In this document: in pieces, positions 36,136-46,436 of the stretch
Layout: each line of letters starts with the position of its first letter
Numbering within the stretch: the stretch's first letter is position 1
Source: a bacterium
Lineage (GTDB): Bacteria; JBBIVP01
DNA length: 46,662 bases
NCBI GenBank assembly: GCA_037439705.1
Contig: JBBIVP010000001.1
Coordinates: 1 to 46,662, forward strand
Reading direction: 5' to 3'
Position numbers and translations under genes: made by a program
Notes under the pieces: model-generated
The model's database searches: none
What the model was told of the DNA's origin: nothing
The model's input: the letters and a program-made list of their open reading frames with translations, nothing else

Positions 36136-36150
36136 TAGACATCGTGTCAA
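36136..36150. promoter_or_regulatory. imperfect palindrome TAGACA-tcg-TGTCAA upstream of the TetR gene (candidate operator)
   Basis: Read from the sequence. 5/6 arm complementarity, 21 nt upstream of the TetR start. Confidence 0.3.
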
Positions 36151-36362
36151 GTTTTTTGCAAAACTTCCCTTTTTAATTTTTCTGTTTTGTAATTGGCAAA
36201 TTTTTCCAAAGATGTTTTTGGGTAAGGAGGAGTGTTTTCTTGGTTTTAAATAATATAAAAAAATAAACAAAAAAGAATTTTTTAAAAAGAAAAACCTTAA
36301 ACGAACCTTTTATAAAAATCTCTCATTCTCAAAATTTCTTTATCCCCGCACCATCTTTTTGG

Positions 36363-36393
36363 AAAAACTTTCCTCTTACCTATGTTTAAGAGG
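36363..36393 (-). terminator. candidate intrinsic terminator after pilC
   Basis: Minus-strand RNA CCUCUUA-aacauagg-UAAGAGG (7-bp stem) begins 3 nt after the pilC stop and is followed by AAAGUUUUU. Confidence 0.5.
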
Positions 36394-36396
36394 CGG

Positions 36397-37614
36397 TTAT
36401 TTTATCAGTGTGGCAAGTTTGAAGATGGGGAGGTACATAGAAACAAGGAGTCCTCCCACAACACCTCCAAGAAATACAACCATAAGGGGTTCAATCATGC
36501 TTGCTAATGCTGCAACTGCCGCATCAACCTCCTCATCATAAAAATCTGCAATTTTAGAAAGCATCTGGTCAAGGGCACCTGTATTTTCACCAACGGATAT
36601 CATTTGAATTACCATGCTAGGAAACAGATTTGATTCTTTTAAAGGCTCTACTATATGTTTTCCTTCGGCTACCCCCGCTTTCACCTTCATTATTGCTTCT
36701 TTCACAATGGTATTACCAATTCCTCTTGCTGATATGTCAATCGCTTCAAGGATTGGCACTCCGCTTGAAAGCATGGTTGAAAGTGTTCTTGAAAACCTTG
36801 CTACAGCAATTTTTATTATGAGGGATTGAAACATTGGAATTTTAAGAAGGAACGAATCTATAGCCCTTTTTCCCCAGGGCGTTCTGTAAATCCTTCTTAT
36901 TCCATAAAATACTCCAATTCCTACTATGATAATAATGTGAAGATTCGCTCTCAGGAATTTGCTCATATTTATGACAATTCTTGTAGGGGTAGGGAGGTTT
37001 CCACCGAATCCTGCGAACATCTTTTCAAAGGTTGGAATAACGAATGTAAGAATGACCGCCACAACTCCCACCGCAACAACAAGGACGATAATTGGATAGG
37101 TCATAGCGCTTTTAACCTGTCCCTTCAATTTCTCTGCCTTTTCTATATAGGTAGCAAGCCTTAAGAGGACCTGCTCCATAACACCTCCCATTTCAGCGGC
37201 TGCTATGAGGTTTATATACAGGTCGTCAAAAACATTTTGATATTTTCTTAAGGCATCAGCAAAAGTTGAACCTGCCTCAACCGTTGTTTTTACATCAAGG
37301 ATGATTTTCTTAAATGTCTGATTTTTCTGCTGGGTTCCGAGTATTTCAAGACACTGGTTGATTGGAAGTCCTGCCCCTATCATAACAGCGAATTGCCTTG
37401 TAAAAACCATCAATTCCTTTGCTTTTACTTTCTGCGTGAACCTCTTTATAATTTCTGATATACTGAAACCTCCCTCTTTCTTCTCCTTCAGGCTCGTGAT
37501 GGTAATGCCTTGAGCTTTTAATACAGCCTCTACGCTTGCCTGATTTAAGGCATCAATTGTCCCCCTCCTTGTTAGCCCTTCCTTCGTTTTTCCTTCCCAG
37601 ACATATGTTGGCAT
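36397..37614 (-). CDS. pilC: type IV pilus assembly platform protein PilC (GspF family)
   Basis: 405 aa. Two T2SS-F repeats (FTRQFAVMIGAGLPI..., FSRTLSTMLSSGVPILEA...) and three TM segments. Confidence 0.9.
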   Translation of the reverse strand: MPTYVWEGKTKEGLTRRGTIDALNQASVEAVLKAQGITITSLKEKKEGGFSISEIIKRFTQKVKAKELMVFTRQFAVMIGAGLPINQCLEILGTQQKNQTFKKIILDVKTTVEAGSTFADALRKYQNVFDDLYINLIAAAEMGGVMEQVLLRLATYIEKAEKLKGQVKSAMTYPIIVLVVAVGVVAVILTFVIPTFEKMFAGFGGNLPTPTRIVINMSKFLRANLHIIIIVGIGVFYGIRRIYRTPWGKRAIDSFLLKIPMFQSLIIKIAVARFSRTLSTMLSSGVPILEAIDISARGIGNTIVKEAIMKVKAGVAEGKHIVEPLKESNLFPSMVIQMISVGENTGALDQMLSKIADFYDEEVDAAVAALASMIEPLMVVFLGGVVGGLLVSMYLPIFKLATLIK

Positions 37615-37628
37615 CTTTTACCCCCTTA

Positions 37629-38735
37629 TTATGTATTGTTTGGCACAGCTGGTTTCTTTACAACTTTCCCACCGCCTGCAAACATCTGCCTCAATTCATC
37701 AGGTTCAGGGCTTCTTCCGAGCGCCTCCTCCATTGTTATGAGTTTTTTCATTGCAAGTTGGTAAAGGGATTGGTTCATTGTCTGCATTCCGTGCATTGCC
37801 TGACCTATCTGCATGAGGGAGTATATCTGGTGGATCTTTTCCTCCCTTATGAGGTTTCTTATTGCAGCATTTGGTAGAAGAATTTCAACAGCAAGAATCC
37901 TTCCTGGCATATTCGCTTTTGGCAAAAGGTTTTGACATATTATTCCTTCAAGTATGAAAGAGAGTTGGGCTCTAACCTGCGACTGTTGATATGGTGGAAA
38001 GACATCTATTATTCTGTTTATTGTTTGAACAGCATTATTTGTATGAAGGGTTGCAAACACAAGGTGTCCGGTTTCTGCTATCGTTAGTGCTGCTTCAATT
38101 GTTTCAAGGTCTCTCATCTCTCCTATCAGAATTACATCCGGGTCCTGCCTCAAGATGTACTTGAGCGCGTTTTTGAAACTTTTTGTATCCGCTCCAACCT
38201 CTCTCTGATTGACTATACAATTTTTATGGGGATGGAGGTATTCTATCGGGTCCTCAATTGTTATTATGTGAAGTTCTTTCTCAGCGTTTATAATGTCTAT
38301 GAGTGATGCGAGGGTTGTTGATTTCCCTGAGCCAGTGGGACCTGTCACCAGCACAAGTCCTCTCGGTTTTCTTGTGAGTTCCCTCAAAATTGGTGGGAGA
38401 CCCAATTCCTCAGGCGATTTTATTTCAAAGGGAATAGCCCTGAATGCTCCACCAACTGCTCCCCTCTGGACAAATAGATTCGCCCTGAACCTTGAAAGCC
38501 CTTTTATTCCAAAAGAGAAGTCAAGTTCGTTTTCCTCCTCAAATTTCTGTTTCTGGGCTTCTGTGAGGAGACTATAGCAGAGTTGTTTTGTGTCCGTAGG
38601 GGTAAGAGGAGGAATTCCCTGAACCGGCACAAGTTTTCCATCTATTCTGAGCCTTGGTGGAGTTCCTGTTGTTATGTGAAGGTCAGATGCCCCCTTTTCC
38701 TTCATTAACCTCAGAAGTTGGTGCATATTCGTCAT
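37629..38735 (-). CDS. pilT: type IV pilus retraction ATPase PilT
   Basis: 368 aa. ASDLHI, Walker A GPTGSGKSTT, RQDPDVILIGEMRD and ATGHLVFATLHT. Confidence 0.9.
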   Translation of the reverse strand: MTNMHQLLRLMKEKGASDLHITTGTPPRLRIDGKLVPVQGIPPLTPTDTKQLCYSLLTEAQKQKFEEENELDFSFGIKGLSRFRANLFVQRGAVGGAFRAIPFEIKSPEELGLPPILRELTRKPRGLVLVTGPTGSGKSTTLASLIDIINAEKELHIITIEDPIEYLHPHKNCIVNQREVGADTKSFKNALKYILRQDPDVILIGEMRDLETIEAALTIAETGHLVFATLHTNNAVQTINRIIDVFPPYQQSQVRAQLSFILEGIICQNLLPKANMPGRILAVEILLPNAAIRNLIREEKIHQIYSLMQIGQAMHGMQTMNQSLYQLAMKKLITMEEALGRSPEPDELRQMFAGGGKVVKKPAVPNNT

Positions 38736-38749
38736 CTTTTTCTCCTCAA

Positions 38750-40468
38750 TTAATCTGCTGCTGTTACCCTTATAACCTCTTTTATGTCAACTAACCCTTC
38801 CTTAAGTTTGTTGAGGGCGGAGCGTCTGAGCGTTTTCATACCAAGTGCTATACCTGCTTTCTTAAGCTCGCCAGCAGAGGCATTGTTCAGAATCAATTCT
38901 TTCAATTCTTCATAAAGTGGCATTATCTCATATACTGCAATTCTTCCCTTATATCCCCCATTACACTTTTCGCATCCCCTGCCTCTATATATTTTCAACC
39001 CCTCAACCTCGTCAGGCGTCATTCCCAATTCAACAAGGACCTTTGGTGAGACCTTTTCCTCTTCTTTACAGTTCTGACATATCTTTCTACAAAGCCTCTG
39101 GGCTCCAACAAGGTTTAAAGAGGCGGTTAAAAGGAACGGTTCAATTCCCATGTTGAGTAGCCTTGTTACTGTGCTCGGTGCATCGTTTGTATGAAGGGTG
39201 GAGAGGACGAGGTGTCCGGTAAGAGCAGCCTTAATGGCGATCTCAGCAGTTTCATAATCCCTTATCTCTCCAACCATTATTATATCAGGATCCTGCCTCA
39301 GGAATGCCCTGAGAGCGGCTGCGAAAGAGAGTCCCACATCTTCCCTTATATGAACCTGATTTATTCCTGGAAGGTTGTATTCAACAGGGTCTTCTGCGGT
39401 TGATATGTTGACATCCACCTTGTTCAATTCTGAAAGGGCTGAATAGAGGGTGGTGGTTTTTCCGCTTCCCGTTGGTCCTGTTATAAGCACCATCCCGTAG
39501 GGCTTGTTTATCGCCTCTTTAAAATGCTTGAGCTGGTCCTCCTCAAAACCCAGTTTTGTCATATCAAGTTGTAGATTGGATTTATCAAGAAGCCTTATAA
39601 CTATTTTTTCACCGAATACGGTTGGAAGGCAGGAGACCCTCATATCTATATCGTTGTTTCCTACCCTCATCTTTATCCTTCCATCCTGGGGTCTCCTTTT
39701 TTCATCCAATTGCATATCTGACATAATTTTAACCCTTGAAGTGATTGCGTTCTTCATCTTTAATGGTGGTTTTACAACTTCCTGCAGAACCCCATCAATC
39801 CTCAACCTTATGCGGAATTCCTTTTCGTAAGGCTCCATATGGATATCGCTTGCCTTAAGCCTTACGGCATCGTGTATTAGTTTGTTAACAAATTTAACAA
39901 CTGGCGCATCCTCTGCAGCCCTCTTTAACTCTTCCGCCCCTTCCTCCGCTTCCTTCTCCTCAATCACCTCTAATCCCACCTCCTCTCCTTCAAAAATCTC
40001 CTGAAATCCCTTCTCAACGACTGGAGCCTGTTCTTCCTTTATTCCATAATATTCCTCTATTGCTTTCATAATCTGATGCTCAAGAGCAACTACGGGCTCC
40101 GTATTGTATCCTGTCAAAAAGTTTATTTCATCTATAGCAGAAAGGTTTGTGGGGTCACTCATTGCCACCATGAGGGTTGGGCCAGTTCTTCTAATTGCTA
40201 TGAGTTTGTGCCTTCTTGCCACATCCGCTGGAATTATTCTCACAACATCAGGGTCAAGTTTCACCTTTTCAAGGTTGACTGATGGAAGTTTGTAAGTTTT
40301 TGCCAGAAACTGAAGAATTTCGTTTTCCTTCAATATTCCGAGGCTTGTTAAAGCCTCTCCTATCCTTATATTTTTTTCCTTTGCTTCTTTAAGGGCATCC
40401 TGAAATTGTTTTGGAGTTATAAGGTTCTCTTTAAGAAGTATTTCTCCCAATCTCTCGTCTTTTGGCAT
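38750..40468 (-). CDS. pilB: type IV pilus assembly ATPase PilB (GspE family)
   Basis: 572 aa. N-terminal T2SSE_N domain (LGEILLKENLITPKQFQDAL), Walker A GPTGSGKTTT, and a tetracysteine CRKICQNC...CEKCNGGYKGR. Confidence 0.9.
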   Translation of the reverse strand: MPKDERLGEILLKENLITPKQFQDALKEAKEKNIRIGEALTSLGILKENEILQFLAKTYKLPSVNLEKVKLDPDVVRIIPADVARRHKLIAIRRTGPTLMVAMSDPTNLSAIDEINFLTGYNTEPVVALEHQIMKAIEEYYGIKEEQAPVVEKGFQEIFEGEEVGLEVIEEKEAEEGAEELKRAAEDAPVVKFVNKLIHDAVRLKASDIHMEPYEKEFRIRLRIDGVLQEVVKPPLKMKNAITSRVKIMSDMQLDEKRRPQDGRIKMRVGNNDIDMRVSCLPTVFGEKIVIRLLDKSNLQLDMTKLGFEEDQLKHFKEAINKPYGMVLITGPTGSGKTTTLYSALSELNKVDVNISTAEDPVEYNLPGINQVHIREDVGLSFAAALRAFLRQDPDIIMVGEIRDYETAEIAIKAALTGHLVLSTLHTNDAPSTVTRLLNMGIEPFLLTASLNLVGAQRLCRKICQNCKEEEKVSPKVLVELGMTPDEVEGLKIYRGRGCEKCNGGYKGRIAVYEIMPLYEELKELILNNASAGELKKAGIALGMKTLRRSALNKLKEGLVDIKEVIRVTAAD

Positions 40469-40540
40469 CTCAAACCTCCTTTTCTATCATTACATTTTTA
40501 ACCCCTGTTTTCAACATTTTTCTTATATCACAATTTTTAT

Positions 40541-40546
40541 TATAAT
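40541..40546 (+). promoter_or_regulatory. consensus -10 hexamer TATAAT 7 nt upstream of the ATG at 40554 (possible leaderless transcript)
   Basis: TATAAT tcaactt ATG read directly from the sequence. No SD, and no good -35. Confidence 0.35.
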
Positions 40547-40553
40547 TCAACTT

Positions 40554-41084
40554 ATGAAAATTTTCATAACGGGAAAACCGGGTTCGGGTAAGACAACTTT
40601 AATAAAGGAAGTTCTAAAAATTTTACAGGGAATTTCAGTTTGCGGATTTTATACGGAAGAGATAAGAGAAGGAGGAGAGAGGAAGGGATTTAAGGTTATT
40701 ACCCTTATGACAAAAAAGGAGGGATTACTCGCGCACACAGAATTTGACAAAAAATTCTCTGTTGGAAAATACGGGGTTGCCCTTTACGGGTTTGAAAGGA
40801 TAATATCCGATGAGTTTGAGAAAGGAGATTCTGCTTCCCTTTATGTTATTGATGAGGTTGGACCCATGGAATGTTTTTCTCAAAAATTCGTAAAAATTGT
40901 TGAAGACATCCTTTATGGGAATTCAAGAGTTATTGGAACTGTCAAACTTAAATGGAGTGGATTGATGGAGAAGGTCAGAAATTCTCCTTCTGTTAAACTC
41001 TTTCATTTAACAGAGAAAAACAGAAACCAAATTTTATCGGAAATCATCAGAATTTTAAAGAAGGAATATGAAGGAATTTACTGA
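40554..41084 (+). CDS. THEP1-type nucleoside-triphosphatase (NTPase_1 family)
   Basis: 176 aa. MKIFITGKPGSGKTTL, GFYTEEIREGGERKGF and Walker B YVIDEVGPME. Confidence 0.75.
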   Translation: MKIFITGKPGSGKTTLIKEVLKILQGISVCGFYTEEIREGGERKGFKVITLMTKKEGLLAHTEFDKKFSVGKYGVALYGFERIISDEFEKGDSASLYVIDEVGPMECFSQKFVKIVEDILYGNSRVIGTVKLKWSGLMEKVRNSPSVKLFHLTEKNRNQILSEIIRILKKEYEGIY

Positions 41085-42387
41085 TACTATATGTGCACCA
41101 TCCACTCCTCTTCAGGAAAGTGGAATAGCGGTTGTGAGAATAAGTGGCCCATCAGCATTGAAGGTAATAGAAGGAATTTTCAAGACACATAAGAAGATAG
41201 AGCCCGAAAGGGTAATAATGGGAAAGATAAAAATTTCTGATATAGAGGACAGGGCGATTCTTCTTTATTTCAAAGAGCCAAACTCCTATACCGGGGAAGA
41301 TGTGGTTGAACTTCAGGTGCACGGAAACCCTCTTCTCGTAAGAAAACTGATAGATGCTCTCATTCAAAACGGAGTAAGGCTTGCAGAGCCAGGGGAGTTT
41401 ACGAAGAGGGCATTTCTTAACGGAAAGATGGACCTCATCCAGGCAGAATCGGTTGCAAGGCTCATATCCGCAAAATCGGAGAAAGCCTTGAGGGTTGCCT
41501 CAAGGATAAGAAACGGTGAGCTAAGCGAGAGAATTTTTGAGTTGAGGGAGAACCTTCTAAAATTGCTTGTATCCGTTGAAGGCTCCATAGAATTTCCGGA
41601 CGACATTGCGACCGAGGAGAAGGATATTTTTGAGGGGATGAAAAGGGTAAGGGATGCTGTAAAGGAGTTAATAGAAAGAGGGAAAGAGGGAAGGAGGTTA
41701 TTTGAGGGATATAGGGTTGTTATAACTGGAAAGCCGAATGTGGGAAAATCAACCCTTTTCAACCGACTTCTCGGATATGAAAGGGCAATAGTGAGTCCTT
41801 ACCCCGGCACCACGAGGGATTACATAGATTCCATCATTTTTCTTGACGGAAAGGAAATAAGATTTTACGATACTGCTGGATTAAGGGAATCCCCTGAGCC
41901 CGTAGAGGAAAAGGGAGTGAGGCTTGCCAGAAAACTCTCAGAAGAGGCGGATGTAACCATCGTGCTATTTGACGGAAGCGAACCGCCTCAAGATGAAGAT
42001 TTTTCGTTAATAAAAAATTTTCAGAAAAAATCAATTTTCGTCCTCAACAAAATTGATAAGGGACTGTCCCATGAATGGGAAAAAACTGGAATGAAATTCT
42101 TGAAGGTATCAGCCCTCAGTGGAGAGGGAATTGAGGAACTGAAAAAAGAGATTGCAAAATCTCTTGACAGGGAATTCGGAGACGAGGTTTTCCTGACCGA
42201 GATAAGGCATATAAAACTTCTTGAGGATGCAGAGAAGGAATTGTCCCTTGCACTTGAGACAGCCCAAAACCTTGAACTTATCGCTGAATCCCTGAGGTTT
42301 ACAAACAAAAAACTTGAGGAACTTTTAGGAATCACCTCAGAAGAAGTCATTGATGAGATATTCAAAAATTTCTGTGTTGGAAAATGA
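41068..42387 (+). CDS. mnmE: tRNA modification GTPase MnmE/TrmE
   Basis: 439 aa. ICAPSTP..G.IAVVRISG, G1 GKPNVGKSTLFN, DTAGLRE, and C-terminal FCVGK. Confidence 0.95.
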   Translation: MKEFTDTICAPSTPLQESGIAVVRISGPSALKVIEGIFKTHKKIEPERVIMGKIKISDIEDRAILLYFKEPNSYTGEDVVELQVHGNPLLVRKLIDALIQNGVRLAEPGEFTKRAFLNGKMDLIQAESVARLISAKSEKALRVASRIRNGELSERIFELRENLLKLLVSVEGSIEFPDDIATEEKDIFEGMKRVRDAVKELIERGKEGRRLFEGYRVVITGKPNVGKSTLFNRLLGYERAIVSPYPGTTRDYIDSIIFLDGKEIRFYDTAGLRESPEPVEEKGVRLARKLSEEADVTIVLFDGSEPPQDEDFSLIKNFQKKSIFVLNKIDKGLSHEWEKTGMKFLKVSALSGEGIEELKKEIAKSLDREFGDEVFLTEIRHIKLLEDAEKELSLALETAQNLELIAESLRFTNKKLEELLGITSEEVIDEIFKNFCVGK

Positions 42388-42992
42388 AGGTTTTTATCAT
42401 ACCATTTTTGCTCTCAACCTTCTCCATTGTTATAGACCCCGGACACGGAGGTGAGGATTGTGGAATATGTGTCCCGGATTTTTCAGAAAAGGAGATAACC
42501 ATGAAAATTGCCGGTTTTCTAAAAGAGGAATTGATGGAAAACTTTGATGTTTATCTCACAAGGGATGGTGATTATTTTGTTCCACAGGAAGAGAGGGTGG
42601 GATTTGCAAACAGCAAGGGAGATTTGTTCATAAGCATTCATATAAATTCTTCCTTTTTAGAATCCCTCTCAGGAACAATTATTTACATTCCATCAATTTC
42701 ACCAAAGAACTGTGAAGGTATTCTTCTCATTCCGTGGGATATGGCGAATGCCTGCGGGGTAGAGGAATCTGAGAAATTTGCTTATTTTTTGAAGGATGAG
42801 TTTGATGGATTCAGAAAGGTAGAGATAGAAAGGGTAAATTCATATCTCCTTATTGGTCTGAAGGTTCCGGGAATCGTTCTTGAAGCAGGATTTTACAGGG
42901 AGAATTTGTTTTCGGAAATCTGGATTAATGATTTTATAAAAAAACTGGGATATGGTATAAGAAGATATCTGGATGAGAGAAAGAAAGAATAA
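42384..42992 (+). CDS. N-acetylmuramoyl-L-alanine amidase (Amidase_3 family)
   Basis: 202 aa. Signal-like N-terminus, [18 protein letters not shown] and VLEAGF. Confidence 0.8.
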   Translation: MKVFIIPFLLSTFSIVIDPGHGGEDCGICVPDFSEKEITMKIAGFLKEELMENFDVYLTRDGDYFVPQEERVGFANSKGDLFISIHINSSFLESLSGTIIYIPSISPKNCEGILLIPWDMANACGVEESEKFAYFLKDEFDGFRKVEIERVNSYLLIGLKVPGIVLEAGFYRENLFSEIWINDFIKKLGYGIRRYLDERKKE

Positions 42993-43707
42993 CGAGATAA
43001 GAAGACCGGCTATAAAGACAGGGATTCAGAAATATGCGGAGGGTTCTGTTCTTATTGAGATGGGAAATACTGCTGTTATATGTTCTGCCACAGTTGACCT
43101 CCTTAATGTCCCACCATTTTTAAAAGGAACAGGAAGCGGATGGATCACTGCTGAGTATTCAATGCTTCCAAGGGCTACAAAGGAAAGAAATCCACGGGAA
43201 GGAGTAAGAGGCAGGATCAGTGGAAGGAGTCAGGAGATACAGAGGCTTATAGGAAGAAGTTTGAGGGCTGGATTTGACCTTTCAAAACTCGGAGAGATGA
43301 CAATCATCGTTGATTGCGATGTGATAAATGCGGATGGAGGAACGAGGACTGCTTCCATAAATGGAGGCTTCATTGCAGTCTCTCTTTCCATTTCAAAGCT
43401 TATGGAAAAGGAGATAATAAAAGAAAATCCATTTCTTGGCATGATAGGTGCGATAAGCGTTGGAATAGTGAAAGGTGAAATTTTACTTGACCTTGATTCT
43501 GAAGAGGATTCAGTTGCAGAGGTTGATATGAATGTGGTTATGCGTTCGGATGGAAGACTTGTTGAGGTTCAGGGAACTGGTGAGAAAGGCACCTTTTCAA
43601 GGGAGCTTCTTTCGGATATGCTTGACCTCGCAGAAAAGGGAATAAAGGAGATTTTTGAGGTTCAGAGAGAGGTTCTTGAGAGAGAGGGGGCTTTGTTTTG
43701 GAAATAA
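42973..43707 (+). CDS. rph: ribonuclease PH
   Basis: 244 aa. [35 protein letters not shown] and [16 protein letters not shown]. Confidence 0.95.
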   Translation: MRERKNNEIRRPAIKTGIQKYAEGSVLIEMGNTAVICSATVDLLNVPPFLKGTGSGWITAEYSMLPRATKERNPREGVRGRISGRSQEIQRLIGRSLRAGFDLSKLGEMTIIVDCDVINADGGTRTASINGGFIAVSLSISKLMEKEIIKENPFLGMIGAISVGIVKGEILLDLDSEEDSVAEVDMNVVMRSDGRLVEVQGTGEKGTFSRELLSDMLDLAEKGIKEIFEVQREVLEREGALFWK

Positions 43708-44306
43708 AAAGTATATGTCTGGCAACAAATAACAAAGGAAAGTTTGAGGAATACAGATGGTTTTTTAAAAAAGAAAAGTTTGATGTAGAAATCATTCCCT
43801 ATGATGGTGAACTTCCCGAGTGGCTGGAAAATGGAGAAACCTTTTACGAAAATGCAATAAATAAGGCTCTTTTTGTTTCAAATGCATCAAAACTTCCAGC
43901 CATTGCGGATGATTCAGGACTTGTTGTGCATGTCCTTAAAGGAGAGCCTGGAGTGAAATCAAAGAGGTGGATGGGGATAGAGGATGACGAGGAAAGGAAC
44001 AGGTATCTGTTGAAAAGACTTGAGGGATTAAAATGGGAAGATAGAAGAGCGTGCTTCGTGTGCGTGATTGCTTTTCTTCTTCCTCAGGGATTAGGATTTT
44101 TCGTGAGAGGAGAGGTGAATGGATACATCCTTGAAGAAATGAAGGGTAAGAACGGTTTTGGTTATGACCCGGTTTTCTTTTATCCTCCAAAAGGGAAAAC
44201 CTTTGCAGAGATGGATTTGGAAGAAAAAAATTCTGTGAGCCACAGAGGAGAGGCATTTAAAAAATTTGCCCTTTCCCTTTCAGCAATGAAAAAAATTCTT
44301 CCGTGA
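43698..44306 (+). CDS. rdgB: non-canonical purine NTP pyrophosphatase (RdgB/HAM1 family)
   Basis: 202 aa. [23 protein letters not shown] and SHRG. TTG start. Confidence 0.9.
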   Translation: MEIKSICLATNNKGKFEEYRWFFKKEKFDVEIIPYDGELPEWLENGETFYENAINKALFVSNASKLPAIADDSGLVVHVLKGEPGVKSKRWMGIEDDEERNRYLLKRLEGLKWEDRRACFVCVIAFLLPQGLGFFVRGEVNGYILEEMKGKNGFGYDPVFFYPPKGKTFAEMDLEEKNSVSHRGEAFKKFALSLSAMKKILP

Positions 44307-45292
44307 AGAGGCTGATTTTTATTTTAATGGCTTTTATTCTCGTCTTTTTGACCCTTTTTCTCTTTCTTGTTTATCCGGTTTATCAAAAAAGGTACATTTC
44401 AGAAAGAATACTTGTAGAGATTAAAAGGGGAATCCCATCTCTTCGTGTCCTTTATGAACTTGAAAAACAGAAGTTGATAAAACACAGGTCAATTCTTTCT
44501 TTCTTCCTCAAAATCTCTGGAAAATCAAAGGGATTGAGAGCTGGAGAATACGAATTTGAAGGCAAAATTTCTGATATGGATGTGCTCAGGAAAATTTTGA
44601 ATGGACAGGTGAAAAAATATACCATAACAATTCCTGAGGGCTCAAATATCTATCAGATTGCGAAAATAGTTTCTAAGATATGTCCGCCTGAAAGCTTTTT
44701 TTCACTCATAAGGTCTCAAGAATTTATAAGAAAATACGGAATAAATTTGCCAGTTCTTGAAGGGTTTTTATTCCCGGATACATACATTTTTGAAAAGATG
44801 GAGACCTGTGAAAATGTCCTTGATACTATGGTTAAGAGGTTTTTTAAGGAGTGGAATTCAGAGTTTGAAAAAAGGGCAAGGGAACTTGGAATGAATATGG
44901 AGGAGGTCATAATCCTTGCATCAATAATAGAGAAGGAAGCAAAAGTGAAGGAGGAAGCCCCTCTCATTTCAGCAGTTTTTCATAACAGGTTAAAGAAAAA
45001 CATGTTCCTTCAGGCAGACCCAACCGTGATATATGGACTACTTCCTGATTTTGACGGAAACCTTAAAAAGGAACACCTTAAGTCAGATAATCCATACAAT
45101 ACCTATAAAAGAAAAGGACTTCCACCAACCCCGATATGTAGTCCTGGAAAGAATGCAATTTATTCAGCCCTTTATCCTGCTCCCGTTTCTTATCTTTACT
45201 TCGTATCAAAAAACGATGGGACCCATGTTTTTACTACAAATCTGAAAGAACACAATTATTATGTTGAGCTTTACCAGAAGAGGGGAAAGTAA
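44303..45292 (+). CDS. mltG: endolytic murein transglycosylase MltG (YceG family)
   Basis: 329 aa. N-terminal TM, ILASIIEKEA, NTYKRKGLPPTPICSPG. GTG start overlapping the rdgB stop. Confidence 0.9.
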   Translation: MKRLIFILMAFILVFLTLFLFLVYPVYQKRYISERILVEIKRGIPSLRVLYELEKQKLIKHRSILSFFLKISGKSKGLRAGEYEFEGKISDMDVLRKILNGQVKKYTITIPEGSNIYQIAKIVSKICPPESFFSLIRSQEFIRKYGINLPVLEGFLFPDTYIFEKMETCENVLDTMVKRFFKEWNSEFEKRARELGMNMEEVIILASIIEKEAKVKEEAPLISAVFHNRLKKNMFLQADPTVIYGLLPDFDGNLKKEHLKSDNPYNTYKRKGLPPTPICSPGKNAIYSALYPAPVSYLYFVSKNDGTHVFTTNLKEHNYYVELYQKRGK

Positions 45293-45349
45293 TGCTTGAA
45301 TTTATGTTTTAAAAATGTTAAAATGGAGAAAAATTTAAGGAGGTGTATT

Positions 45350-46237
45350 ATGAAGAAATGGACAGGTGCAGTAGTAGCAGTACTCCTTATAATAGGAGCA
45401 TGTGGGAAAGAAGAAGGCACTGAATTAACGGATGAGCAGAGGCAAGAGATAGCACAGGAGAAAATAAGATATTCCCTTGATGGAGTGGGTGGAATGGTTG
45501 ATATGGCTTCTGGAGCGATTGAAATGATTAGTATGATGGGCGGATTAATTGGTGGTTCTTCTCCCCTCAAAGCCCAGCAGTATTCTCAATGCCCTGTTTT
45601 TGATTTGAAACTTACGGGGGATTGTCAATCAGAGGCAGGATGTGATGTGAATTTGAAGCTTGACTGGGGAGACGGATGTGTAGGTGATGATGGTGTATTT
45701 AGAAAAGGGAAAATCACGCTTTCAGGGAAGATTACTTCAACCTCCGTAGATGCTACAGCAGAATTTGATAACTTTGAAGAAGAAGGCAATAAGATAACCT
45801 CTGGCACTCTGAGCGTTTCACTTAAGAAAACAGAGGTTGGGTATTATGATGTAACCGTTAAAGCAGATAATATAAAGGGTGAGAATCAAGACGGTTCTTA
45901 TTCCGCTGATTTTGAGATTTCTCTTTCAGATGATATAAGGGGAACAGAAGGTGACGACTCAGATGACCTGATGATTATAAATGGAAATGGAACTCTTTCC
46001 TCTGATAAGGGTTCAATTAATATTACCGTTACTGATGTTAAGGTTGATAATAAAGAATGTGATAAAAATCCCATTTCAGGAAGTGTAGATATAAAAATAG
46101 ATTCCGACGAGGCTTATGGCACGATAAAGTTTACATTCCACGAAGAGTGTGATGGAAAGGTTGATGTTCAGGCAGACCTTACAATAGGAGAGAGCAGTAT
46201 AAAGGTTAATACCAGCGTCCCTCTGGAAGAAGAATAA
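45350..46237 (+). CDS. lipoprotein of unknown family (Gly/Met-rich linker, then a Cys-, Asp-, Gly- and Thr-rich beta-type domain)
   Basis: ATG at 45350 with AAGGAGG 6 nt upstream; the track start 45296 is a TTG. Lipobox LLIIGAC. No motif that I recognise. Confidence 0.6.
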   Translation: MKKWTGAVVAVLLIIGACGKEEGTELTDEQRQEIAQEKIRYSLDGVGGMVDMASGAIEMISMMGGLIGGSSPLKAQQYSQCPVFDLKLTGDCQSEAGCDVNLKLDWGDGCVGDDGVFRKGKITLSGKITSTSVDATAEFDNFEEEGNKITSGTLSVSLKKTEVGYYDVTVKADNIKGENQDGSYSADFEISLSDDIRGTEGDDSDDLMIINGNGTLSSDKGSINITVTDVKVDNKECDKNPISGSVDIKIDSDEAYGTIKFTFHEECDGKVDVQADLTIGESSIKVNTSVPLEEE

Positions 46238-46436
46238 GTCAACACTTTTCTACACAGTCCCGAGTTAAAAAGAGGGGAGATGTATTTCTTTTTTTGATCA
46301 GGAAAAGAGAAAAATCATATTTTCATCCCTAATGTAGAAAACTGATTCTGGAGTGTGTAGGTTAGATATCATCTTACCAATTTAGTCCGAGAATTTTGGA
46401 AGTTGACTTTCAAAAATCTCGTGTTAAAATAAAAAT

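Noticed and set aside
46238-46436. Short inverted words (GTCAAC/GTTGAC, CTACACA/TGTGTAG) and a near-direct repeat (AGTCCCGAG / AGTCCGAGA) in the spacer before the ATPase, considered as MITE/TIR or att remnants
   Set aside because: The matches are only 6-9 nt, are not collinear as terminal inverted repeats, and are within chance expectation for 200 bp.
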